NCBI RefSeq assembly: GCF_009914755.1
Contig: NC_060927.1
Reading direction: 5' to 3' (one strand)
Length of the DNA stretch: 64,000 bases
Source of the DNA: the human T2T-CHM13v2.0 reference genome, Homo sapiens
The notes beneath the pieces were generated by a model. The model searched no databases and was not told where the DNA came from. It saw only the letters and a list, made by a program, of their open reading frames with translations. Made by a program: the position numbers and the translations under genes. Every line of letters starts with the position of its first letter. The first letter of the stretch is position 1. This document shows, one piece after another, positions 1 through 15,266 of this stretch.

Positions 1-282
1 CATGAAAGTGAAACAATACTGATAAATGAAATTTAAAAATATAGTATGACTTTGATAGGTAGTCTGTATTCTGGCACTTCATGAAATCTCCAAATTATTG
101 TATATTACCATAGCATGCAATTTTTACTTATAGCATGGTAAAGCAGAGCTCCTCCTTTTGAGTGATGTACAGCTATTGCACCACTCTAAGTGGTAACTTA
201 ACACAGAATAAATATGAATAGAATTATCTAGAGTTGTACAACTCAGTACCTTTGGTTTGGACCAGAGAAAAAGGCCTTAGAG

Positions 283-496
283 TAGTGGTTTTCAACCAGG
301 AGTGATTTCGCCCTTCAGGAGCATTTGGTAACATTTGGAAATATTTTTAGCTGTTAACGCTAATGAGGGAGAGACTTGCACCTGGTCAGTAGAGGCCAAA
401 GATGCTGCTACATGTTCTGCAACACTCAGGACAACTGAATGCCCAAAAAGAATTATCTTGCCCCAAATGGAATCATGCTGAGGTTGAGAAACTCTG
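283..496. mobile_element. MER20 (hAT-Charlie)
   Basis: AGTGGTTTTCAACC...GTAGAGGCCAAAGATGCTGCTA...GAGGTTGAGAAACTCTG. Confidence 0.85.
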
Positions 497-1138
497 GCTT
501 AGAGAATTGTATTAGTCATCCTGGCCCATAAAATTCCCATGAAAATTTGGGAACGAGGGGAGGATTCATATGTATCTTTTTGGTATTGTATTTCTGGCGC
601 CTGGGAGCTTGCTCAGCATGCAGTAGTTGCTAAATATGTTTTTGGATGACTGAGTGATGGCATGATTTGAATCAGACAACATTATTTTACCAGCCTTGGA
701 ATCTGGGCAAAAGTGGGCTGCTTAGGAGCAAAGACACGAGTCTGTGTATTTCTGTGGTTGCCTTTCCATGGAAATTCCCATTCAAGGGGATACCTAATAT
801 GTAAGGATTAAAGATGCCTCCTCCATGGATTTTCCATGGTGTCTCACATTCTCTAATTAGTTATTCCTTAAAGTTTTGTCCACCTGTGTATCTTTAGTGG
901 TATGGCTTCATGTCACCTCAAATATGGAGGCATTAGCTTTGTTTAGTTCAGTATATACCAGATTATGGGATGGAAAATACTGAAGGGATATCAAATGATC
1001 ATACGTAATCTAAGATATAATTAAATAATAAACTTACATAAAGCATTTAAAAAAAATTTAGTTCTCTTTCCCTTAATTCTTTCAATATTTCAGGTAGAGT
1101 CAAAGGCTGGTTTTGTGCTATCATGATTTTATAACTAA

Positions 1139-1472
<334 letters not shown>

Positions 1473-2099
1473 CTCTTTTTCATAAAGAGACAGCAAACCT
1501 CAAAATCAGAGATTCAGCTTGCCACAGGTCTATTTAAAATTGTTTTTATTTCAATTCATGTATTTTTTATGTAAAGTAGTGTTGATTTCCTGTTTATAGC
1601 AGTGGAGAACATATTAAGATATTTTAATTTAAATAGAAAAGTAAGCCAATTACAAATAAGTGCAAGTAGCGTACAGATATGAAAAAAATCATAATCATGT
1701 CACTTAAATAGGCGAAGAAATCATTGAATTTATTTGTTTTGTTAACATTGTCTCATCTTGAAGGAGAAGATGGAATCTGGAGATTGCAGCTTGAATGGCT
1801 CCGGAAGAGGCAGCATGTTCGGTGGATTGGATGTGTTTGCATAACTGTGGGACCACATGGGAGGTGACGCAGGAAGGCTGAAAGAGGACAGTCTCCAAAG
1901 GAGGGAGCAAACCTTGAAAACACCTGCAGGGCCCTTTTAATGGCCAACTGCATCAATTTAAAACGTTCACTTGCTCCCCCATGGCTGTCTGTCCAGGCAG
2001 AAGCAACATGACCTCTGGTTTGAAAGGCCTCTCAGATTAAGAGAGAATATTGTGTCTTGGGGAAATCAATCATATTATTATGAATCATAGAATTATGAG

Positions 2100-2680
2100 T
2101 CATGTGTTATAGGTTGTTTCAGGCAACAAGACCTCAGATGTCCTTCACTTCAACCACTCTTGGGATACTGAAGGGTATTGCCATTGCAATCTGTGGCCAA
2201 CATCTACTTCCACATCTCTCCCTCTTGGGGCTTTCAAGTCCAAGCTTGGAGTCATGTTTGTAGGAGCCTCAAATCTCTCTCTCAAGAATTTTCATTTGTT
2301 TTCCCCAGTTCTCCCCTGTGGAACCATGGAAATTAAAATCGAAACCCTGTTCTATTACTTTCACATGTTTGAAGATAGATTTCATGTCTTACTTGAGCCA
2401 TTTTTTTCTTCAAGAAAACATTTCCAGCTCCTTCAACTTTTCCGTCCATGAGATAATGTCAGTCCCTTTTTCCATCTTCGGACCTTGCCTCTGAATAAGC
2501 TCAGCTTGTCTGAATCAGTTTTAAATAGAAGCATTTACACTTGGATACAATTTTCCAGGTGTTGCTTCAGTGGGACAAACGAAAGTGAGACAATTGCATC
2601 TCTTGTTCTAGATATCATACTTCTTTATCCATACCCTAAGGTTACTAACTTTTTGGCAATTTCATCACATTGTTATTAAC
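2100..2680 (-). mobile_element. Probable CR1/L3 LINE fossil
   Basis: CCAGCTCCTTCAAC, CTTGGATACAATTTTCCAGGTGT and CTAGATATCATACTTCT resemble antisense L3; recognised by eye. Confidence 0.5.
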
Positions 2681-2754
2681 TAAGTCCCCTTTTTTTTTTT
2701 ATAAAGAAGGTACTACAATTATCACACACCTTTATTTTAAACGTATGGCAACAT

Positions 2755-3041
2755 CTTTTTTTTTTTTTTTTTCTGAGACATTCTCCCTTTGTCACCCAGG
2801 CTGGAGTGCAGTGGCTTGATCACGGCTCATTGCAGCCTCGACTTCCTGGGCTCAGGTGGTCCTCCCACCTCAGCATCCTGGGTAACTGGCATTACAGGCA
2901 CATGCCACCATGCATGTCTTTTTTTTAGAGAGAGAATTTCACCACATTTCAGGCTGGCTTTGAACTCCTGGGCTCAAGTGATCTGCCCATTTCAGCCTCC
3001 AAAAATGCTGGGATTACAGGCTTGAGCCACAATGCCTGGCC
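2755..3041 (-). mobile_element. Alu (AluJ-type)
   Basis: Poly-T; GCAGCCTCGACTTCCTGGGCTCA and CTGGGCTCAAGTGATC J-type diagnostics. Confidence 0.93.
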
Positions 3042-3077
3042 TGCAAATGTCTTTCTAATAAAAGTATGTGTATCTGT

Positions 3078-3158
3078 AGTGTGTGTGTGCACACGTGCGT
3101 GTGTGTGCTTGTGTGTGTGCGTGCTTGTGTGTGTGTGTGCATGCGTGTGTGTGTGTGT
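3078..3158. repeat. Imperfect (TG)n microsatellite
   Basis: Directly visible. Confidence 0.95.
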
Positions 3159-3803
3159 GATATAGTGGGGGTGGGGCAGGAGATAGGAATTGCAGAGAAA
3201 TACGAACAGTTAAACATAAAGAGAAACTGGAAATTTGAAAATATATGAAGTGTCTGACCCCAAGTTCAAGCTGAGAAGCTAGGCATCAATTTTATTTTTC
3301 CTTAGCCTGTTTTTAAAAAAGTATTTTTTCAAAGTTTGGTCCTTGAGCCACTTTTCAGCATCATCTTATCAGGGAGGCCTTTCCTGTATGTCCCATTGCT
3401 TGTTATCTCATCCACCATTCCTTGCTATCTGCTTTACCCTGCTTTATTATTTTTTTCATAGCTCTTATTACTTCCAAGCATTTTATATCTTTTTATTTAT
3501 GTATTACAAGGCTTCATGAAAGGAGGTACTTTGTTTTTTTACCACTGCTATTTGTCACAACGAGTTTATTAAATGAACAATTGAATAATAAGTAAAAGGC
3601 TAACTTGGGATGTGATTGCATATTCAGATTTTTGGGTCCCAAGCTGGGCCTACAGAATTAGAATTTCTGGTCATGGGGCCCGTTTAACTTACTTTTCTAG
3701 TGTTTCATCTGTGTTCTAAAATTTTAGCAAGACTGAAAGTGCACACAATCTCAGTGCACTAAACACTGAAAATAAAGTGTAATGAGTAAATTTTTGAAAT
3801 ATC

Positions 3804-4103
3804 AGCTGGGCATGGTGGCTCATGCTTGCAATCCCAGCACTCTAGGAGGCCGAGGCAGGCCTATCACTCCAGATCAGGAGTTCAAGACCAGCCTGGCCAG
3901 CATGATGAAACCCTGTCTCTACTAAAAATACAAAATTAGCTGGGTGTGGTGGCGCGGACCTGTAATGCCAGTTACTCAGGAGGCTGAGGCAAGAGAATCA
4001 CTTGAACCCAGGAGGTGGAGGTTGCAGTGAGTCGAGATGGTGCCACTGCACTCCAGACTGGGTGACAGAGTGAAACTCTGTCTCAAATAAATAAATAAAT
4101 AAA
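3804..4103 (+). mobile_element. Alu (AluS-type) with (TAAA)n tail
   Basis: Full dimer consensus. Confidence 0.96.
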
Positions 4104-5741
4104 TGTTTGAAAAATCAAAAAATGGCCATCTTCCTTTACATTCTTAAAGGAAAACATAAGTCTGTATCAAGGCATTAGAATATAATTATGCTGACTGTAT
4201 ATTTTAAGTCAACTGCATATTACTGGCCAACTGGAGATCACTATCTATTAAGACATAAAATTTGCTATAATGTAGGTTTATTATTTACAGAGGTAAAAGG
4301 GCCTTATTCAAACCTTGTTTCGACTATGATGATGTCATGGTTGAGGATTCACTCCCAGGTCCTAAATAACATTCCGATACCAGCACGACAGCAGATTCAC
4401 ACAGGCACAGGCACTTGCAGACTGCCATAGCTTACCAAACAAGACCCAGGTAGAGCATTTCAAAAAGCTACCAAATTGACACAGCTGGGGTGTAGTTTGG
4501 GAAATTTGTTCAAAATGCTAATCTTTGAAGTTAAAGGTGGAAAGAAAAAGTCTACATAAAAACCTTCCTTGGAAGGAGAAACTCTTATTTCCCTATAAAC
4601 TTCATTACTAACAAAATAAGGGAGGAGAGCAATAAGAAACAAATAAGATTAAGGAAGCCAAATGGTTTTTAAATGAGATTATTTTTTCTCAGACTTTTCC
4701 ACAAGGCGTCAGCAGCTCTGTAACCACCAGATTGTCAGAAATTAGCCTGGTTTTTTTTGGACAGTTTGAGAAGCCATTCCGTCGGCCTTATTTATTGTTT
4801 ATTAAATTGATTCTACTTGATTTTTTGCAGACATAAATGAGATTCTTCTGAATGATGACCTAAGCTGTTAAACCTTATAATAACATCACTAGTCACTACT
4901 TCTGCCTCTCAGCTAGTCAGAAGGGCACACCCTATGGCTTTACCCTTGATCATTGCACAAAAAGAAGAGCCAAGACTGTGTAACCCAAGTGTAATCAAAG
5001 TTACATAAAAATTACTTAGTGAAGCCAGCCCCTGATCTGTTTAGCATCATGTTTACTAATTTATTTTTTTTACCTCCAAGTAAAGTACTTGGTCTTTTTT
5101 AAAAAAGAAGGAAGAAGAGCAAAATAGAGGGAGGGAAGAAGAGAGGGAAGGAAGAAAGAAGGAAAGAGGAGAAGAGAAAAATAAAGGAAGGAAGGAGGGA
5201 GAGAGAGCCTTCTCAAATTCAGAAAATAATATTATTTTTTCTATTATGAAGCATCGTGGAAGAAAATAAGGCCAGTTGCTACTTAAAAGTAAGCATTGGG
5301 CTGAGGTTAAGAAATCATATTCTATCTTTAAATTTTATATTCACTACCTGTTTGGCCTCAAAAAGTCACAAACTCATTGAGCTAAGATCTTACTTGTAAA
5401 ATATATGAATTAGAGCTGAATGATATTATTGAAACATTCCAGCTTTAAAAACTATATGGCTCTTTGATTATTAATGTAACTGTCAGATTTGAAACACAAA
5501 GATAGAATGAGTATTTAGAAACATAAGCCACAGACTTAACAACCAGCTCTCAAAATCCTCTCCTCAGTATTTATAAAGAGAAATAAATTTTGAATAAAAA
5601 GATAATAATTGGGAAGTACAATTGTTACTGATTATAATTCAATCTTCAATGTTTTACTGGAAAGAAATTGAACAATATATGTTCTTAATAACTTCCTTTA
5701 GTCAATAATCGAGTTTGGGAATTTTTAGCAGCTTGAGTATA

Positions 5742-6416
5742 TTTAAGCCCAGATCTACACAGTACTCACAGGGCAGGATTCACACGTTTAAGCCTAGATC
5801 TACACAGTACTCACAGGGCAGGATTCACACGTTTAAGCCTAGATCTACACAGTACTCACAGGGCAGGATTCACACGTTTAAGCCTAGATCTACACAGTAC
5901 TCACAGGGCAGGATTCACACGTTTAAGCCTAGATCTACACAGTACTCACAGGGCAGGATTCACACGTTTAAGCCTAGATCTACACAGTACTCACAGGGCA
6001 GGATTCACACGTTTAAGCCTAGATCTACACAGTACTCACAGGGCAGGATTCACACGTTTAAGCCTAGATCTACACAGTACTCACAGGGCAGGATTCACAC
6101 GTTTAAGCCTAGATCTACACAGTACTCACAGGGCAGGATTCACACGTTTAAGCCTAGATCTACACAGTACTCACAGGGCAGGATTCACACGTTTAAGCCC
6201 AGATCTACACAGTACTCACAGGGCAGGATTCACACGTTTAAGCCCAGATCTACACAGTACTCACAGGGCAGGATTCACACGTTTAAGCCTAGATCTACAC
6301 AGTACTCACAGGGCAGGATTCACACGTTTAAGCCTAGATCTACACAGTACTTACAGGGCAGGATTCACACGTTTAAGCCTAGATCTACACAGTACTCACA
6401 GGGCAGGATTCACACA
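5742..6416. repeat. Minisatellite/VNTR, 15 x 45 bp (TTTAAGCCTAGATCTACACAGTACTCACAGGGCAGGATTCACACG)
   Basis: Head-to-tail units directly visible. Variants: CCC instead of CCT in units 1, 11 and 12; TTA instead of TCA in unit 14; last base of unit 15. Confidence 0.98.
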
Positions 6417-8959
6417 TTTAAATGCTAAGGGATGAGGTATCAGGAGAGGTATAAGACAACAGGGAGTGGTAAGGCCTGGTACACTGAAAAACAGGATTGT
6501 TTTAAAGCAGGAAAGCCTTGCTCAACTCTGGAAGAATTTTGCTGTGTGCCAAAGCAGAACTAGTCTTGTCAGACTTTCTAAGTTTTGGAAGAAAGGACAG
6601 AAATCAGCATATTAATGTTAAAACTCATAATGTTTAAGACATGGGAGTTCATTCAAGCCTTCAAAGACATCACTGTGCAAACTAATCAAAACACACCTGT
6701 GAGTTTGGCCCCACTAGGGTTTCTGGAGTTTCCTTCCTCCCATTCAACTATCAGGTGAACTACAATTAGGTATTAATCCTTAATGACAGCTTCCTAATGA
6801 CCTTGTTTAGCTATTTCAAGAGGATCCTTCCCTAAAGTATTCAGAATCGCCTTGAAACATGAAGACCACTTCAAGTGCTATGCAAAGTGAGGGAAATTTG
6901 GAGAGTAGATTCTTCTGAAGATTTCTCTGCTAAATAAGTTGCACTCAACTGAAATCCAGATGTGCCAGCACTGAAGCTCCATCGCAGGCAAGGCCGACTC
7001 ATTGACCCCAACTTCTGTCCACTCAAGTGCCCCGAGACTGCTGGTGATTTAGCAAGTGAACTCCTTGCCAGTTGTAAGAGCTAATTCAATCTCATCCCCA
7101 GGGTGGTATAGGTACATTAAGAGTTGCAGCTCTTAGAGTAGTTAATCCGGAAAAAGAAAAAAAAAAGCCAAAGTGCTTGCTGAACATTTAACTGAAAAAT
7201 TTCTCATTTGTACCTGATGGTTCTGAATTTTGTCAACTGTTTCTTTGTATCCTTGTGACACGTTTCTTATTTGTCATGTTTTCTTTTAAGAAAGAATAAT
7301 GTGAGGGAAATGAAATGTTCATTTGTTACTGGAAACTTACAGTGATGAGATGTGGTGCATAAGACATCATAAAATATCCCTCATTTCCATTTGCATTTGT
7401 CACTGCTCCAAATCATTCACGTATCTCTGTATCTGCGTCTGCATCTAGCTTTGATTTATTCACATAATTGATGTAGAGTGACTTTTCCCAAAGACATGAA
7501 TTATATTAAATTTTTGATTTGTGCATGTATTTGCTTTTGCATATCTTACTTTTAGATTTTTATAGCTCTTCGAACTCAGAGAACATTCACCACATCTATA
7601 TTGGCCTAGGGAATGTTGAAAGAATGATTTTAATTATGCCACATATTTTTGCACTGTTCTTATCTACAAACAATTGTATAAGCTATGCCTTTTGAATATA
7701 TTCATGTGCTGTGCCAGATAGTAGTAGTGCAAAATGCTAATGTTGATTTTAAAAGAATGACCTTTCCTTGTGTGTTTCTTTCCAGTGATCTGCTTATCTA
7801 AGACGGATAGTATTGATGGACTGCACTATCACAGTCTTAGACTTGCAGAAATGCCTTGGAGTTTTTTGTTTGACATTTCTTTGTCCCTTGGGTACTTTGC
7901 TCTGACTCTGTCATTTAGACTTTACTGTAAGGATAACCAATTAGTAGTTAAATGAGTTGAAGGAGTCTTTTTATGTACTCTATTCAAATAACACTAAACT
8001 CACTGTCACATGAATAGGAGATATGAATTATTTCTCTACGCACTTTTAAAGCAAGCCCACACAGTAAATGATATTGTTCATAACCCCTGCCTTTATTGCT
8101 TTCTTCCCTACACTTAGGGACTTATTTTAAAGAAGAATTTATAGATCCTCTATTCTGTATTCCAGTAGAAATAATAACTCAGTAGGAATAGGAGTATGTA
8201 GTTTTTTTTAATAAACATATAACAGAATGGTAGAATTAGTTTTGAAAGCCATACTCTGAAGGAACAACAATGAGAATACTTGCTGGGAATTCGCCTCTTT
8301 AAGAAATAGCAGAGGACTGCCAAATTAACAAAATGCCCCTGGTCTGTATCATTTATACATGGTACAGATATATATTGTGGACCTACTGTGTTCCAAACCC
8401 AAAGATTGAAGAAGTAAATTCTCACTTCCTGTCTTTGACATATTCAGAATTTGGAAATATTTCGGAAGCTAGAAGTCAATACTCACAATCTAACTCTTAG
8501 AATGAATGATCCTTGGTCTTTTAACAAAGGACATCTGACTAATAAAATAGTCTTAGAGTTGTAGGAGAAATGTGTCATTCTGGACAACAAAGACCTTCTG
8601 TCTCTTTCGCAATGGACTGTTTGCGTAAAATACCAGCGTACTTAGTGAATTAGACATCTACAACACTGTGTAAACATTCCTTTCCAGTCATTGCTTCCTG
8701 GTCAGTCATAGAGACCACTTTGAAGTGCCTTTATTTTGAACACTAGGAAAGAACTACAGGAGAGCCACAGCCCTCTGAAGTAGTAATTTTTGTAAATTTG
8801 CGAATAATGATGTTACATCACGTCACTGGGACATCAAACCTGTCTAATGTGCACTACTACTCCCACACTACTACTGCTAAGGCAACAACCATTTACTAGG
8901 CTTATTGGCCGTGTGCCAAGTGCTGTGTTTATTTCTTATTTTCATAGGATATGTTATTT

Positions 8960-9185
8960 AATTAACGGGTAGCTAAGAGAGAGGGTTCCAGAGACAAACT
9001 GCTAAGGTTCACATTCTTGCTTCCATTATTTGCTAGCTGCATGAACTTAGCCAAATTTCTCAACATTTCTGTGTCTCAACTACCTTATCTATAAAATGGA
9101 AATACTTGCCTGATAGGTTTTTATATGATTAAATCAGAAGATAGTGGTTAAGTGCTTAGAGTGCACAGACTAAATGTTCAATTTG
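8960..9185. mobile_element. MIR (others at ~20395-20960 and 29380-29560)
   Basis: MIR core-like TCTGTGTCTCAACTACCTTATCTATAAAATGG. Confidence 0.65.
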
Positions 9186-12072
9186 CTATAACATTTCTAT
9201 AATATCACTCAATGAATATTTGCTATAATATTTTCATATCTCTTACTGATCACTGTAACTCAAATAATTGTGCTGTCTTATTATTCTTAGTTTGCAAGTG
9301 AAAAACTGAAGTTCACACTAACCTTTTAGTCAAAAAATGCACTAAATTTCTGAGCTGAAATTCCAACACTGTTTGATCTGATTCTGCAGTTCCAATGGGG
9401 GATGATATGTAAAGAGAAGGGGTAGGACTGCACCTGAAATGTTACTAGAATTCTATTCAATGATCTGTGATCCTCATATTCATTCAAAACCTATGGGTGG
9501 GAGATGTGGGGAATGGGTGGGAGATGTCAGAATTTGTATTTACAGTGAAGCAGGGAGTTTAATAAGGTGGAATTTCAAGGTTTTTAAAACTCGATGGTTT
9601 TTGTAAGGTGGGAGTGGAATGGAGAGTGAGGTAGTAAATTGGGATAATCAACCTCGGAGTCTCTGGGATGGGAGAGATTTCTCCTCAGTATTCAAATTCT
9701 GGAAACCTTTTGAACTTCCACCAAAAATAACAAGCCGTCTAATAAACAAACCATCCCATGCACAGAGAAAGAAATGGATGGTTGGGGCTTTGAAGCCAGT
9801 GGTGGTTCTTAGTCTGTGTGGCTAACCCACTAGGGACAGATGGTATTATTGGGGGCAGCTCTCAGAAGATTTGTAAAATATGGTGAGGTTAGTAGCATGG
9901 CCAATTTTGTTGTACAGTATCCTCAGTTAAGCATGTATACCAGGAGAAGGATCCATCTTTCTTGCACTTTGAAGGATTTGGTAACTTATTCAGGACTTGG
10001 TCCTATAGCTGTGGCAGCAACAAGAGTAGTCAGCTCAGCTTAAGCCTCTGTTCCTAAAGGAACTTGGTCTAAACTTGTAGGTCTAAAGACCTACAAGTGG
10101 CTCTGATGGGGACCTGCAGTGATGCACCAGCGAGCGACAAATGGAGACATTTCTTTAACAAGGAAAGCGATACAATTTCTACATGGGAAGGATGCATTGG
10201 AAGCAACCTGGTTAGAAGGGGGCTGGGGACTCATTTTGAAGGTCTGGCTGCACAACAGGCATCATGTTCTTACTTAGATTTAAGTTTCTTTGGAATTAAT
10301 AAAAATTATGAGCAAACTGACTCCTTTCCTGAGGTACAAGTTTGCTCTGCGGCTGCTCTTTCTCTTCTGTGAAAACGTGAAGCTCCAGTTTTGGTGCTAG
10401 CAACAACAGGACAGAGGCTTACTTTGCAATATGTCTGATAGTGATTGTGTGGTTTTCCTGCATCAAAGGGTTAAAGTTGAAATAAAACTTGCATTTCATT
10501 TTGAGCAAATAAAGCAAGAGCAAATGGCATTGTCCTGAGAAATGTTAGCACACTGTAGATTCTTAAATTTATTGTGGTTGAGGATGGATGCTCTCCAGAT
10601 TAGCAAGGCAGCACTTCCAATGTTCAGTGGAGGGCACTTTAAGATGCAATTATTTACACTTCATGTTGTGATATTACAACAATAGTTAATAAGAGCTGGA
10701 GAGATTTCCTAATTATCTGAGGGTGCAGGAAATCATTTCACCCTCCCCTTACTTGAAATACTAGGAATCAAGTCTGCAGGAAGCTGGCTGATCACAAATC
10801 ACGTGTCAGCACCTCCATAACATTTACCTGCATAATTTGTCCTTATTATTTTTTATGTTGATGAATCTATATTGATAAATCTTGCATTTATCTGTTTTTT
10901 GCAGTATGTATTTCCTATTTCACAGTAGTAGGGACCCTACGCTCTATTTACTTTGTGCTCTTTCACAGTACACCATAGGATTTAAATAAATGCCTATTGA
11001 AAAATTCAACAAATAAGCCATGTCATTTTTGTTAAGCAGCTTTACTTGGAAGCAAGACTTCTGTTCAAAATTATGCTAAGATGAAGAGTCTCACCATCAT
11101 TTCCCTGGTGACCTGTGGGCACAGAATTTAATGAGAATTTGTTTCCTTGCCCTCATAGCAACTTCCTCTGCATAAGATCCTAATTAACCACCATAAGGTG
11201 ATTTAGGCCTTGGGGTGGGGTGGAATTATTCATTTTCCTCTATTTTACATTTATATTTTACTTCATAATACTGCATTCACTTCCTTTGAAATGTTAGTAT
11301 TAAGAAGTTTTCTAGTAGCTGTTCTCTTAAAATTACGAGGATTTTTGATTTTATGTTATTTTATTAGTCAAAAACTAAAACCAAAAGCAAAATCTGTAAA
11401 ATTCCTTTTTTGAGGATGTAAAATTGCCTTATACATTATATCTCATTATCTTTACCGATTTTAAAATTAACACCTAATTAAACCGTGTGTGTATTTCAAA
11501 CGTGAGGCTAGGTTCTCATTGATGCTCTCCACTAAATTGTTGCATGAAGCTCAAGAAAAATGTGAAAGATTATACAGTTTTTGGGCAACAAATATTCTCC
11601 CTAAGACTCAAGATGTGTTTTCTTAAGAAAATAGATTTAAAATGTGAACTATTTCCAAAATATAAAGCAAATTAAGAAGCATTTTCTTGAAGGAGAAAAT
11701 GTAACAATTACCATAGAAATGCATTTGCCTTGATATCGTCATTTTTAGCAATGAGTTTGATCAGCTTTGTGTTGATGATCAATTCTAAAATGATTCTTTC
11801 CTATGAAAAACCATGCTTTGGTTTCATTTCACAGCTGCTAATTTATTTACTTCACATTTGTTGTCATTATCGCATTCTCTGTTTATTCTTGCTTCAAATG
11901 TGTTTTGCCCCGACACATGTTCAATAGATACAATCCTTTACATAAAAATGAAAGTAGATTTCTAAAACTCTGTAGTATATTTACATCAAACTGTGGGTAA
12001 AATAATTTGGAATAATAAAGTGTTTTAGATATTATGGCAGTGATGAAGAAAATGTATTGAAAATGATGACTA

Positions 12073-12408
<336 letters not shown>

Positions 12409-13361
12409 TTATGCTCTCAGTACACATTTTGGATTAGATTTCCTACTTCAGTTAATACAGGTTTCTTCTTTCCCTCAATATTATTGCACATGCCATAAAT
12501 ATATCTTGCAAAACTGAATAAGAATTAACTTTGAGGCAGCTATACATCTTATAGTCTTGTTAGCATACAGAAAACAATTAATAAAGAATCTTCGGAATTA
12601 TTTAGATTTGAGTTCAAATCCTGAGTTCAATTATTAGGAGTTAGGTTTAAGAAATAATTCACTCTACCTCTCTTCCAGTATTCGAGAATACAGGGTTAAA
12701 GGCAGAGCTCAATCAGATGGCAAAATATTGGCTTTGTTTACACTTCCCCAGTAATTATGAATGTTAAAGGGTGTTGAGTGGGATTTTGTATTTTGTTGTA
12801 GCTGTTGTTGCTCTCAAATTGGTAACTAGAGTTCACAGCTGCATGCAGAGATTAGCCTGGTATACCATTTACTAAAGAGAGAAGCAAAAAATTATGGTCA
12901 GAATCCTGTCTCAGGAGCTTCTTAAGAGTTGAAAGAAAAAACTCAATTTCCCCAACCATCAACCAGCTGCTCGGCTTGTGCACAAAAAGTTTTGGAGGCA
13001 GGAAGGAGGAGAGTAGCTCTTTGAAATGTTCTAGCATTGTGGAATGTGCATCATTTATGATCAGATGGGATTCCTTCTATAGCGCTTTTCTCATCTCAAG
13101 TCAAGTGAAGGGCTCCAACTTAATCATTTGTACAGACTGGTGCACGTGAAAGAAGGAGACTTGCAAATGTTCCCTGTTTAGTTAACTGAATCAGTAATGA
13201 ACTTCCGAATCTGTTTCTGTGCCAATGTTGGGCAGATAGGAGAAAAATGGAGAGAGATGGTAGGGAGGGTCAGTGGAGCACCTACATTCTCGCCTTTCAG
13301 CCCAGGTGGGGTACATGAATGTTCTGTAGATAAAAAAGACTCTCTCTCTCTATATATATAT

Positions 13362-13646
<285 letters not shown>

Positions 13647-14408
13647 AAAACAGACCCAGTATTAAGCAGCTGGGCTTGAGCTGTTGCTGGTACCTCATCT
13701 AAGGGGGTTGGTAACAGGCTACAGTGACAAAAGCAGCAAGAGGCAGTGAGATCTCCAGGAAGCTGGAGGAAGGTGGGATGAAGGTGGAAGTACCTGAGAC
13801 CTGTGCAGAACCTGACCCAGTAGAGGGGCCAGGCTAGAAGAGATGTGATAATTCCAAGGTGCTAAAGAGGAAGGGGGAATCAAAAAAGAGACAACGCTCT
13901 TTTATTTTCATTTCAGCTCCTTCCAGCCATAGTTCTGGCCAGAAATGGGGGGAAGGGGGAAATATTTTGAATCAAACTGAGTTTTAGTGACAGAAGGTGA
14001 CTTGAGATTTATGGAAGAATCAAATGCATAAAGGCATGGGAAAGGAGAATTTGGCAAAAAATAGTGTGGAAAACTGTGTTTGAAGAAAAAAAATGGAAAT
14101 ATTTCAGGCCAATGAGGGTCTTTGATAAACCAGTTACAGCTGGATTAGAGAACTCTATGAGGCTTCACATGTTATTTTTCCTGAATTTAAACCCTGGGAC
14201 TCAATATTATTTCTAACCAATCATAGGTAGCGAGGTTGAAAGGGAGACTACAGAGACCTGATTGGTGTTTTTACCACCTGGACCTGGAAGCACTGTCATT
14301 GACAGATCCCAGGTGTAGGCAGAAAGGGCAGGGGATCCGGGTGCAAAAGAATGAGCCTTGCCTTGTTTTTGAAGTTTCCGTTGAACCAAGCTGATGAGAC
14401 ATCTACCT

Positions 14409-14915
14409 GTTGTTCTAGTTACTGTTAGTGCATAAAAAATTACCCAAAATTTGGTGGCCAAAAACAATAATTTATTTTGCTCACGATATTGTGGATTAAG
14501 AATATAGAGAGGGCAGTTCTTGCTAAAAGTTTTAAATGCAATTGCAGTCAAGTTGTTAGCTGGGGCTGCAGTTATATGAAGGTTCACCTGGGCTGGCTGC
14601 TCACCACAGCTTTCCCACATGGCTCGTAGTGGACGTCTGCTGCCAACTGGGAGCTCAGCTGGAGCTGTGGACTTGAGGGTGCACACATGTGTGACCTCTC
14701 CATCACAGCAGTCTCAGGGTAGTTGAACTTCAGGCATGACTGCTGGCTTTTTCAGAACCAAGAGGAAGTAGAAAGCTTTGTTTGATCACACCTTAGAATA
14801 ATTGGTTACAAGTATATCATTAAGACCAGCCTGAATTCAAGGAGAGAGGTATAAGCCTCATCTCTCAATGGGAAGTTGTCAAAGAGTTTGTGGACATGTT
14901 TTAAATCTATCACCC
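14409..14915. mobile_element. MLT1-type MaLR LTR
   Basis: AAATTACCCAAAATTTGGTGGC..AAACAATAATTTATTTTGCTCAC; CTGGGAGCTCAGCTGGAGCTGT; AATTCAAGGAGAG. Confidence 0.75.
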
Positions 14916-15113
14916 TGTGAAAAGCCAAAAATACTGCTCCAATCAAAAAAAAATTCTTATATTTTGGCCAAAGTTCCATTTCCTAAGGATTGTGGGGAGG
15001 GGGAAGGAAAGTTTTTGTGAACTCGGGCAAGTCATTTTAACTCGCTGATTTTCAGTTTTCTCTTACCAAAATGAAAGCAAAAATGCCTACTTTATTGTGC
15101 TATTGTTTAATGG

Positions 15114-15266
15114 GGTGAGGTTGGTGGCTCATGCCTGTAGTTCCAGGTACTCAGGAGGCTGAGGCAGGAGGACTGCTTGAGCCCAGCAGTTGGAGACTGC
15201 AGTGAGCTGTGATTACACCACTGCACTCCAGCCTGGGCAATAGAGTGAGACCCTGTCTCAAAAAAA
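15114..15266 (+). mobile_element. Alu monomer (FRAM/FAM-like)
   Basis: Single right-arm-like unit ending GAGACCCTGTCTCAAAAAAA. Confidence 0.88.

Noticed and set aside
5715-6428. 237-aa repetitive ORF, or a CRISPR-like array
   Set aside because: The ORF starts at TTG and is only the stop-free frame of a 45-bp VNTR. Units are contiguous with no unique spacers, and the DNA is mammalian.
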